A stretch of DNA of 40,403 bases from Octopus sinensis (taxonomy: Eukaryota): positions 1 to 40,403 of the forward strand of contig NW_021835402.1 in the NCBI RefSeq assembly GCF_006345805.1. The letters are read 5' to 3'. Shown here one piece after another: positions 21,444 to 31,035 of this stretch (position 1 is the first letter of the stretch; every line of letters begins with the position of its first letter). The translations under genes and the position numbers were made by a program. A model generated the notes under the pieces. It was not told the origin of the DNA, ran no database searches, and saw only the letters and a list, made by a program, of their open reading frames with translations.

Positions 21444-21794
21444 TTTAACGCATAAGACCAGAGTTCTTCCACTCGGATCAGTAATACTTGCACCAGAACA
21501 ACACACCAGTCCAAATTCCAGCCTGGTAACCAATTATTTGACGGTGATGGCCATCAAAACTGCCCCCGCCCTCCCTATAGTTCAGACCTTGCTCCTTGCG
21601 ATTTTGGTTGTTCCCCGAGGGGAAGGGGAAGACGGAGAAGGATGTGATGGGGGTTCACTTTGGCAGACACCAATCGTGCCTTCATGAAGTAGATAGAATG
21701 CTACAGCTGGGGCATTGAAAATCAGAGTATCCTGCTTTGAAGGAAATTAGATTTTGGTACTTCTTTCAAATCAATAAATGTCCAAAAAACTACT

Positions 21795-21965
21795 GGGATG
21801 CGTGTGTGTGTGAGTGTGTGTGTGTGTGAGTGTGTGTGTGTGTGAGTGTGTGTGTGTGTGTGTGAGTGTGGTGTGTGTGTGTGAGTGTGTGGTGTTTGGA
21901 GTGTGTGTGTGTGTGAGTGTGTGTGTGTGTGAGTGTGTGTGTGTGTGAGTGTGTGTGTGTGCTTT
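21795..21965. repeat. (TG)n with interspersed AG
   Basis: Direct reading. Confidence 0.95.
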
Positions 21966-22037
21966 CGTTTATGTGTGTATGTGTGTATACAAACCTGTGC
22001 GTATGCATGTGTTTGTGTATATCTATATTTCCGTATA

Positions 22038-22443
22038 AGGCGGCGAGCTGGCAGAAACGGTAGCACGCCGGACGAAATGCGAAGCCGTATTTCGTCTGCC
22101 GTTACGTTCCGAGTTCAAATTCCGCCGAGGTCGACTTTGCCTTTCATCCTTTCGGGGTCGATAAATTAAGTACCAGTTACGCACTGGGGTCGATATAATC
22201 GACTTAATCCTTTTGTTTGTCCCCTCTATGTTTAGCCCCTTGTGGGTAGTAAGGAAATAGGTATTTCGTCTGTCTTTACGTTCCGAGTTCAAATTCCGCC
22301 GAGGTCGATTTTGCCTTTCATCCTTTCGGGGTCGATAAATTAAGTACCAGTTACGCACTGGTGTCGATGGAATCGACTTAATCGCTTTGTCTGTCCTTAT
22401 TTGTCCCCTCTGTGTTTGGCCCCTTGTGGGTAGTAAAGAAATA
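22038..22443 (+). mobile_element. SINE family A dimer (one head, two bodies) with 14-bp TSD
   Basis: TATATTTCCGTATA at 22024-22037 and 22444-22457. The second unit restarts at GGTATTTCGTC (~22260). Confidence 0.92.
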
Positions 22444-22753
22444 TATATTTCCGTATATGCTTGTATGTATGTATGTGTATATATGTAAACAATTTTGTTG
22501 GTGTATAGGTATATGTGTATCTGTGAATGTATAAATGTATGCATATACATGAGATGTGTATGTATGCCTCTATTTATATGTGTGTGTGTATGCATATTTG
22601 TGTATATGTTTGCGTGCATATCTGCATACAAATGTGTATGTGTGAGTTTATATTTGTGTAAGTTAATTTCTGTAATGTGTACGTGTGTATTCATCTGTAT
22701 GGATACGTATGTGCACACATATATGCATATATATATATATGTGTGTGCCTATG

Positions 22754-22798
<45 letters not shown>

Positions 22799-23114
22799 AT
22801 ATATATAAAATAAATTATATATATATATATATATATGCATGTATATGTATGTATATGTGTCTATATACGCACACACATGTTCATGGGGAGGGGCGTGTTA
22901 TATAATCCCAGAATCTTATCGGACAACAGAAAGCGAGACGGCGCGGTATTGCTATCTGTTGCAATGGTACTTAGAGGGCGCCATATTGTTTATTTGAAGA
23001 ACGTCAAGTAATAAGATTCTTGAGAGTTAGCGAAGATCTTCTTGGATTAAGGAACGAGGAGGAGCCCCTTGGCAATTAATTAAGGAACAGGACATTGCAG
23101 GCTTCCTCTTCGCG

Positions 23115-23315
23115 ACGCGTAAAGGCAGTCTTTCTCTCTTTCTCCCTCTCTCTCCCTCTTTCCTTCTCTCTCTCCCCCCTTCCACTCTTTCTCTCTGTTT
23201 CATTTTCTCTCTCTTTCTCTCTCTTTCTTTCTTTCTTTCTCTCTCTCTCACTTTCTCTCTCTTTCTTTCTCTCTCCTTCTCCTCTCTCTCTCTCTCTTTC
23301 TGTCTCTCACTCTCC
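23115..23315. repeat. (CT)n/(CTTT)n pyrimidine tract
   Basis: Direct reading. Confidence 0.9.
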
Positions 23316-23389
23316 ATGATCTTCATCTTCCATGTCTTGTTGACGTTGATGTTCTTCCTGTTGTTGAAGTGGTTATTATTAATGCCGTT

Positions 23390-23910
23390 GCTATCGATGA
23401 TGATGATGGTTATGATGACGACAACGACGACGATGATGATGATGATGATGATGATGAGGCGGAGGGGGAGGAGGAGCAGCTTACACAAGAAGAAAAAGTA
23501 GGTGATGATGATGATGACGACGACGACGACAATGGTGACGATGATGATGATGGTGATGATCAAGAGTATGATGATGATGTTGATGATGATTATGATGATG
23601 ATGATTATGACGACGACGATGATGATGAAGAGGAGGGGGGATGATGATGATGGTGATGATGATCATTAGGATGATGACGACGATGATGATGTTGTTATTG
23701 GTATTGCTGGGATCATCATTTCTGATGTTCTTGCTCTTGCTTTTGCTGCGCTTGTTGTCCTTCTAGTTCTTGCTGCTGCTGCTGCTGTTGCAGTTGTTGT
23801 TGTTGTTGTTGCTATGGCTGCTACTACAGCTTGCTGTTGTTCTTATCAGCAACAATATCATCATCATCATCATCAGTACTATTACCATCACCATCATCAT
23901 CATTATTATT
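23390..23910. repeat. Mosaic trinucleotide block (GAT/GAC/GAG/GTT/GCT/ATC)
   Basis: Direct reading. Confidence 0.9.
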
Positions 23911-24005
23911 TTAGATTTTGATCAATATCTGGCTTGGACAGGCGGTTGGGGTATTTTCCATGCAGGAGTTTACCTTCCCAGGTGTCTTCGATATTATTCA
24001 AGCAA
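23911..24005 (-). mobile_element. R4/Dong-type internal fragment flanked by (AAT)n
   Basis: NNIEDTWEGKLLHGKYPNRLSKPDID matches the W..K.LHGKYP motif of the 31-33 kb element. Confidence 0.7.
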
Positions 24006-24023
24006 ATTATTATTATTATTATT

Positions 24024-24083
<60 letters not shown>

Positions 24084-24474
24084 GTACATTCATATGTTGT
24101 ATGTGTGTGTGTGTGGGTATATATATACATATATGTACACACATACATATACATATACATATATATATATGTGTGTGTGGTGTGTGTATGTGTTGTGTGT
24201 GTATGTGTGTGTGTGTGTACACGACAAAATATTGCAAAGCTACGTGTACAAAGAAAAAATACATAGATTTACATACATACATACTATATAATATATATAT
24301 ATATATATGTTATAGATATATATATATATATATATATATACTATAAATATAGGCCATATATACATACATATATGTACATACATATATGCACATATATATA
24401 TGTATATATATATATATATTTATTTATTTAAATTTGTATTATATATATTCTTACGCTTGAATGTGTGTGTTTAG

Positions 24475-24511
24475 ATAGATAGACAGAAGTCAGACAGACA
24501 GACAGTAAGAG

Positions 24512-24605
<94 letters not shown>

Positions 24606-24700
24606 TTAAAAGAGAGGGAGAAAGAAAGAAAGACAGAAAGAAAGAGAGAAAGAAGGAAAGACTGAAAGAAAGAAAGAAAGAAAGAAAGAAAGAAAAAAGG
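24475..24700. repeat. (GATA)n followed by (GAAA)n
   Basis: Direct reading. Confidence 0.95.
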
Positions 24701-25052
24701 AAAGGTAAATAAACACAGGTAAGCTTGTGATATATATCTACACGGAGCACAAAAGGTACATTGCAGAATAATAGAAAAAAATTATCAAAAGAGAAATCAT
24801 GTAAATTTGTATCACAACAGCCGTTTCAGGACGGTAATAACTACAAGTACTAATCATATTCCTATGTAATATATGTATAATACCATCGATGTATGTCCTG
24901 CGATACGTCCCAATGAACATAAAATAAGTAATGGAATCGACGTCTTAGGCTAAAACCCTTCAATACCATTGCTCAGCATGACTGCAAAGCAACGACTGAA
25001 ATATAATAAAAGATAACAAATAAAATAGATTTATAGATAGATGGATAGATAA

Positions 25053-25123
<71 letters not shown>

Positions 25124-25500
25124 TGTTTCTTTATTAGCCACACAGGGCTGCACACAGATAGAACAAATTACAAGGTAGAGCTTTTCTTTTGGGGGTAAAA
25201 AAAGGAGAGTGGTGGTTTTCGATCAAAAGGGATCGTAAAAGGAAAGAAAAAGGACAAAGAAAGGGGAGGGGTTAAAAAAGGGGCGGGGGAGAAAAAAAAA
25301 GTGAATAATAGGGATCGTTATCACAGAAATGTCAATATGAAGTGTAAAGGGGAGGACAGGTGAGGTTTACCCGTGGAAAGAAAAGCCTACGGAAAAGACC
25401 ACGGTAACCTCGGTCAATAAAGTCACATGTTATATTTCTTTTTTTTTTTTTGCAAATAAGCAACTCTCTGTATTAATTTTTATGGTTCATAGAATCATAG
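25124..25500 (-). mobile_element. 5'-truncated Tx1 copy (3' UTR only) between two (GATA)n tracts
   Basis: Highly similar to 9761-10160. (GATA)n at 25025-25123 and from 25504. Confidence 0.92.
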
Positions 25501-25503
25501 TCA

Positions 25504-25512
25504 GATAGATAA

Positions 25513-25558
<46 letters not shown>

Positions 25559-25590
25559 TGATAGATAGATAGATAGATAGACAGATAGAC

Positions 25591-25623
<33 letters not shown>

Positions 25624-25627
25624 TAGA

Positions 25628-25662
<35 letters not shown>

Positions 25663-25727
25663 CAGGCAGGCAGACAGACACACATATAGATGGATAGATA
25701 AATAGATAGATAGATAGACAGACAGAC

Positions 25728-25802
<75 letters not shown>

Positions 25803-25827
25803 CAGACTGATAGATAGACAGACAGAC
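25504..25827. repeat. (GATA)n/(GACA)n tract
   Basis: Direct reading. Confidence 0.95.
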
Positions 25828-26053
25828 AAGGCGGCGAGCTGGCAGAAACGTTATCACGCCGGGCAAAATGCTTAGCGATATCTCGTCTGCCGCTACGTTC
25901 TGAGTTCAAATTCTGCCGAGGTCGACTTTGCGTTTCATCCTTTCGGAGTCGATTAAATAAGTTACGCACTGGGGTCGATATAATCGACTTAATCCGCTTT
26001 TCTATCCTTCTTTGCCCCCTCTATGTGTAGCCCCTTGTGGGTAGTAAAGAAAT
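25828..26053 (+). mobile_element. SINE family A, full length
   Basis: Head GGCGGCGAGCTGGCAGAAACG, box B GTTCAAATTC, tail GCCCCTTGTGGGTAGTAAAGAAATA. Confidence 0.92.
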
Positions 26054-26063
26054 AAGATAGATA

Positions 26064-26480
26064 AGTTTCTTTATTGGCCACACAGGGCTGCATACAGATG
26101 GGACAAATTACAAGGTAGAGCTTTTCTTTTGGGGGATGAAAAAAACAAAAAACAAAAAACAAAAGAAACAAAATAAATTGGCGTAGGTTTTCGATCAAAA
26201 TGGATCGTAAGAGGGAAAAAAGAAAGAAAAGGAAATAAAAGGGAAAAGAAACAAAAGGAAAGGAAAAGGAAAAAAGAAGAAAAAAGAGGAAAAAAGGGGA
26301 AGAGGAAAAAACGATCAATAGGGATCGTGTATCACAGTGTCATGATGTGAGGTGTAAAGGGGGAATCAGATAAGGTTTATCCGTGGGAAGAAAAGCCTAC
26401 GAAAAAGACCACGGTAACCTCGGTCAATATTGTTATATGTTACCACATTTGTTTGCAAGTGGGTAACCCTCTGTTTTCAA
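26064..26480 (-). mobile_element. 5'-truncated copy of a related Tx1 subfamily (3' UTR)
   Basis: GTTTCTTTATTGGCCACACAGGGCTGCA...AAAAGACCACGGTAACCTCGGTCAAT. (GATA)n follows at 26484. Confidence 0.88.
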
Positions 26481-26494
26481 GAAAGATAGATAAC

Positions 26495-26547
<53 letters not shown>

Positions 26548-26570
26548 TGGTGGATATACCTATATATATA

Positions 26571-26618
<48 letters not shown>

Positions 26619-27130
26619 CGCACATACACACACATGCTCATATACACACACACATGCACACACGCGATAATGTGTGCGAAATCACCAAATTCTCAGACAA
26701 GTACATATTGGAACAGATGGAAATTAATTAATCTAACTCTTCATTAACTCGTGACGATTAATTTTAGACGTCAACACATAAATTAAGCAACATAATAATT
26801 AGTTAAATTCGGACATTCATAACATAAACTATATAAGAGAATAAAATGTGAGAATGAGGTAAACTTTATAGGTACTTGGAGTCACAATGTTACATTTATA
26901 AATGATATTTTTAGTTAAGTATTCGAAAGGATACCGATGAGCTATATTACAATTGCAGTCATTTTTGTCAGAATATAAATTAGATAAAGTTCTGCCAAGT
27001 GAGGAAATATGTTACGTACAAGTTTAAATGTTGCACAAGGGAGTTTAACAGTGCCTGGCAGGAGGGGAAATAATCACTTAGCAGAGACAAACATAAAGAC
27101 AAGATATATATATATATATATATATATATA

Positions 27131-27552
27131 ACAAGCACTAGCTGTTAGTTAATATTCTGCTAATTTTTAGTATATTCTTAATATTGTTGCAGATAAAAAT
27201 ATGAGATACCGTAAAAGAAATGCATATTGGTATAATCCACTATGCAGTATAGAAGTTTGTAGATATATATATATATATAATATATATATATATCTACAAA
27301 CTTCTATACTGCATAGTGGATTATACCAATATGCATAAACTTCTATACTGCATAGTGGATTATACCAATATGCATTTCTTTTACGGTGTCTCATATTTTT
27401 ATCTGCAAATATATATATACCTACAAACTTCCATACTGCATAGTGGATTATACCAATATGCATTTCTTTTACGGTGTCTCATATTTTTATCTGCAACAAT
27501 ATTAAGAATATACTAAAAATTAGCAGAATATTAACTAACAGCTAGTGCTCGT
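27131..27552. repeat. Large palindrome centred on (TA)n, with partial triplication of the right arm
   Basis: Left arm 27131-27262, (TA)n centre 27263-27293, right-arm segments 27294-27336, 27337-27408 and 27421-27552. Confidence 0.9.
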
Positions 27553-27974
27553 TTTAATAAGAATGATCTTTAAAATCTTCATTAGGAGAAATATTTGATA
27601 ATCTACACAAAGTGTGTTTAACTAAATCATTAATAAAACATCGATGGTAATTGGAAAGCATATGTGCATATTTTAAAGGCTCATTAGTTTATCATGACAT
27701 GTAACCATAAAAATTCTAAAACTTTCTTAAATTCAAATCTTTGCATACGAATAACTAATTTATACATGAAGAATATTATCGTAATTTTCTTAATTCTACT
27801 ATATTATTAACATATTGTTATTTCTAACGGCATTTTATAATTTCATTATACAATTTTGTATTTGATTAATTGCATTCCCCTCTAAATTGTTGAGTGAATC
27901 TCTGTATGTTTACAGAGTTCTCTGAATGTCTATATATATATATATACATACATACATACATACACACACACACA

Positions 27975-28008
<34 letters not shown>

Positions 28009-28012
<4 letters not shown>

Positions 28013-28258
28013 TAATAGTTATCGCCATACTAATATGGCAGTCTATAAGTATAAGACTAAAGCTGTAGCTGATTAGCTCCAAGAGGCCATCGCCTCTAGC
28101 TAGCTATATGACACATGAACCTGCGTCCATTACAACCTTCGAACAGGTTCGTGTGTCATATTGTTAGCTAGAGGCGATGGCCTCTTGGAGCTAATCAGCG
28201 ACAGCTTTAGTCTTATACTTATAGACTGCCATACTAGTATGGCGATAACTATTAATAT
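28009..28258. repeat. Fold-back with ~115-bp arms and 20-nt loop
   Basis: Arms 28009-28123 and 28144-28258 differ at only a few positions. Confidence 0.9.
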
Positions 28259-28309
28259 CCAGTAACGCTGCCGTAATCTCCTTTAGAGAGACTTAGTAAT
28301 TTTAATATT

Positions 28310-28397
<88 letters not shown>

Positions 28398-28410
28398 GTA
28401 TGTATAAAGT
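28310..28410. repeat. (TA)n then (TATG)n
   Basis: Direct reading. Confidence 0.95.
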
Positions 28411-28453
28411 ATGAGTCTTCGATAGAGGATTATTTATATATGTTATAATTTAG

Positions 28454-28634
28454 AACAAACAGTAAAAAGGTTGTCATTGTAGTACTCGGAGCTTCGAATG
28501 TCGGAGCGAAGACCTACGATAGGTTCTCGTCGGTTATTAATGGGAACAGGAATAGCCGACGAGAATGTATCGTAGCTCTTTGCTCCGACATTCGAAACAC
28601 CGAGTACTACAATGACAACCTTTTACTGTTTGTT
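28454..28634. mobile_element. Fold-back with ~85-bp arms containing a hammerhead-like fold
   Basis: Arms 28454-28538 and 28551-28634, 12-nt loop. Confidence 0.8.
28553..28609 (+). ncRNA. Minimal hammerhead-like motif, U4C core variant
   Basis: TAG / CCGACGA (28556-28562) / GAATGT...ACATTC / GAAA (28594-28597) / CACCGAG (CTCCGAG in the left-arm copy) / TA / CTA. Confidence 0.55.
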
Positions 28635-28715
28635 ATGTATATATATAGGTTTTTAACTCTTGTTTCTAGCAATGTAGGTGATACTCTGCACCGTCAATCA
28701 CAAATAGTGACATCT

Positions 28716-28760
28716 GAAGGCTGCTATACGTAATATAAAATATGACGTATAGCAGCCTTC
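28716..28760. repeat. Short hairpin, 20-bp stem with one mismatch, 5-nt loop
   Basis: GAAGGCTGCTATACGTAATA TAAAA TATGACGTATAGCAGCCTTC. Confidence 0.85.
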
Positions 28761-28769
28761 GTTATTTTA

Positions 28770-28880
28770 CTGATATATATATATATGTATATATACATGT
28801 ATATATATATATATATATGAGTGATTGATTGATTGATTCTAGTTTCAGCTTATGAGCTGTGGCCATGCTGGGGCACCGCC

Positions 28881-28958
<78 letters not shown>

Positions 28959-29009
28959 TATGGAGATAGATAGATAGATTGATAGATAGATATGCATATA
29001 TATATATAC

Positions 29010-29068
<59 letters not shown>

Positions 29069-29135
29069 ATATTCACACACACACACACACACACACACCA
29101 CACACACACACACACACACTCACTCACACACACAC
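28770..29135. repeat. (TA)n/(CA)n block with a SINE B tail fragment at ~28840-28882 (-)
   Basis: Direct reading. AGTTTCAGCTTATGAGCTGTGGCCATGCTGGGGCACCGCC matches the family B tail. Confidence 0.85.
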
Positions 29136-29807
29136 GTGTGTTTGTTTGTACGAAAAAGCAGGAATCAGTACGTCTCCTTGGAGCTATTTGTATTTAATAA
29201 CAATTTGATTAAGCTTCATATTATTAAGAATTTTGTGGGTTTGTGGTGCGTCAGCATAATCCCCTTCAGACGCAAAGTGTTATATTACATGTAATAATAG
29301 GCTGAATTTTTTTATGGTCAGCAGGGTATACATACACCGCCATGCGCGTGCGCCGATTATAAGCTGCAGCCTATTTTAAACTTATGACAGTCACGCAAAC
29401 TCATTTGCTGCCTCAGACCTCGCGAACTAAAACAATCAACTCGGTTTCCACGGGATTAGTGTTGTTGTTGCTGTAATACAATATATTGCTAAATAACGCT
29501 TAACTGGCGCCAATATCTTGTCTGCGCTATCACGTGCAGTATCCAGCATAAAGAGCTGATATCGCTGACTTTTACCGCATACTGCAGAATACCGGTAATA
29601 TGACACCAACATACTGTCTACTTCACAACGTAGACCAACCAATTATGTAACTGACATCAGTATGCTGACCAAAAATAACCAGGTAACCTGAACTGAGAAA
29701 TGGGTATATGGGTTCTTTTCTCAAGAGGCCATTTTAAAATCCTTTTTAAATTCTTTCCTCTCCGTCTCCATAATTCTGATCATACAAACACGGAGAGGAA
29801 TCAAATG

Positions 29808-30600
29808 GTTATCATTATTATCATTGAGTGAAAGAGCAGTACTATCAAAGTGAAACGGGGGTAAAATTAATGAAACCCAATACACCAATCATGACCACCC
29901 GTCTCATAAGGGTACACCAGGAACAAGCATGACAACCATATGTGCGCGACATAGTGATCTCATATCAAGATAAATAGCGCATGACCTTGCAGGCAAGACC
30001 CAGTTAGAATTTTCTTCAGGTCGAGTACCCTGCCCGCTCAAAATATCCCTAAATAAGGGTTTTTTAAGAATGTTGAAAGAAACACCTATGTTTCCAGAGA
30101 TGAATTTTTCAGACCCCAAAGAATTCCTCTCAACACATGGTTATAATGCTACCCTACTACTTCAGCTCGGGACCAGAGATGCTCATATTGTCAGCCACCA
30201 AGAGGCATGCTCAACTAGTTACGGTCAAGCAAGTGACAAGCAAATGTGTGTTATTCTTTTCTACTCTATGCACAAGGCCTGAAATGTTTGGAGAGGTGGG
30301 GGCAGTCGATTAGATCGCCCTCAGTATGCAACTGGTATTTAATTTATCGACCCCGAAAGGATGAATGGCAAAGTTGACCTCGGCGGAATTTGAACTCGAA
30401 ACGTAAAGACAGACGAAATGACGCTAAGCATTTCCCACAGCATGCTAACGTTTCTGCCAGCTCGCCGCCTTAGCAAATCTGTGTTATTGAGCAGGATATT
30501 TGCTGTAGCTCATCTTTTATACCAAGACAAAACATCTACATGATAACACTTCCAGTCAGTTAAGATCAGAAGCCATGAGAGCGAGTGCCTGCTACTGCAT
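29808..30600 (-). repeat. Family C repeat (~600 bp) interrupted by a SINE A'
   Basis: Homologous to 16763-17172. Appears to continue at 30472-30600 beyond the SINE's TSD. Confidence 0.75.
30256..30471 (-). mobile_element. SINE family A' (A head and core, different tail) with 17-bp TSD
   Basis: AGCAAAT(G/C)TGTGTTATT at 30239-30255 and 30472-30488. Confidence 0.9.
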
Positions 30601-30604
30601 ATAA

Positions 30605-30762
30605 CCGTCTTTACGTTCTGTGTTCAAATGTCACCAGGGCTGACTTTGCCTCTCACCCTTTAGGGGTCAGAAAAATAAGTATCAGATGAATACTGAGGTC
30701 GAACTGGTCCCCTTCGCCGTATTTCCAGGTTTTGTATCTTTAGTAGAAAGGATTATTATTAT
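30605..30762 (+). mobile_element. Degenerate headless SINE A' ending in TAGTAGAAAGGATTATTAT
   Basis: Box B remnant GTTCAAATG, central block remnant and A' tail. Confidence 0.7.
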
Positions 30763-30980
30763 CGACTGAAAAAGATTGGTACAAATGTGACGGTAGAACA
30801 TCTACAAAAATCAACATCGCTTGGAACTGCATGAATTCTTTGCAGGGTTTGAGTCCTGAGCTTCTCAACCATTGTTGGGATTTTTCTTTGTCTATTTCTT
30901 TTGCATTTAGTTTAGTCCAGTATTTGCCATGAAGGGGCTTTTCTTGCCATCGTTTTATCATGTTCATTGCTGTTCTAGTT
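30763..30980. mobile_element. Chimeric inverted R4/Dong fragments flanked by a 23-bp direct repeat
   Basis: + strand LKKIGTNVTVEHLQKSTSLGTA*ILCRV is joined to - strand KRWQEKPLHGKYWTKL...QQWLRSSGLKP. TTAGTAGAAAGGATTATTATTAT at 30740-30762 and 30981-31003. Confidence 0.75.
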
Positions 30981-31035
30981 TTAGTAGAAAGGATTATTAT
31001 TATTATTATTATTATATTATTATTATTATTATTAT

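Larger units (their letters stand above)
20590..21790 (+). mobile_element. Decayed Tc1/mariner transposon, interrupted at 20798-20987 and 21144-21443
   Basis: KY*VKLDKNAT*IYEILLLAY (HTH), KSVGKIMMISF, QSVNKEYFVEVLREFKERF, RPEFFHSDQ*YLHQNN and RPPYSSDLAPCDF (YSPDLAP motif). Confidence 0.85.

Noticed and set aside
23369-23644. Asp-rich 91-aa ORF resembling acidic biomineralisation proteins
   Set aside because: It is a reading of a degenerate (GAT)n mosaic, has no ATG start in that frame or splice support, and similar tracts occur elsewhere in the window.
27205-27235. GAAA-TGCA-TA (palindromic helix III-like) within the 27-kb palindrome
   Set aside because: No upstream core or helix II could be found.
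27230-27480. Repeated ~40-bp units resembling a CRISPR array
   Set aside because: There are no unique spacers, the context is eukaryotic, and the units are explained by palindrome-arm triplication.
19223-28634. Fold-backs as long-read or assembly chimeras
   Set aside because: Arms carry scattered substitutions and indels, loops are unique, and one fold-back has a TSD inside a mariner. Read-level confirmation is still advisable.
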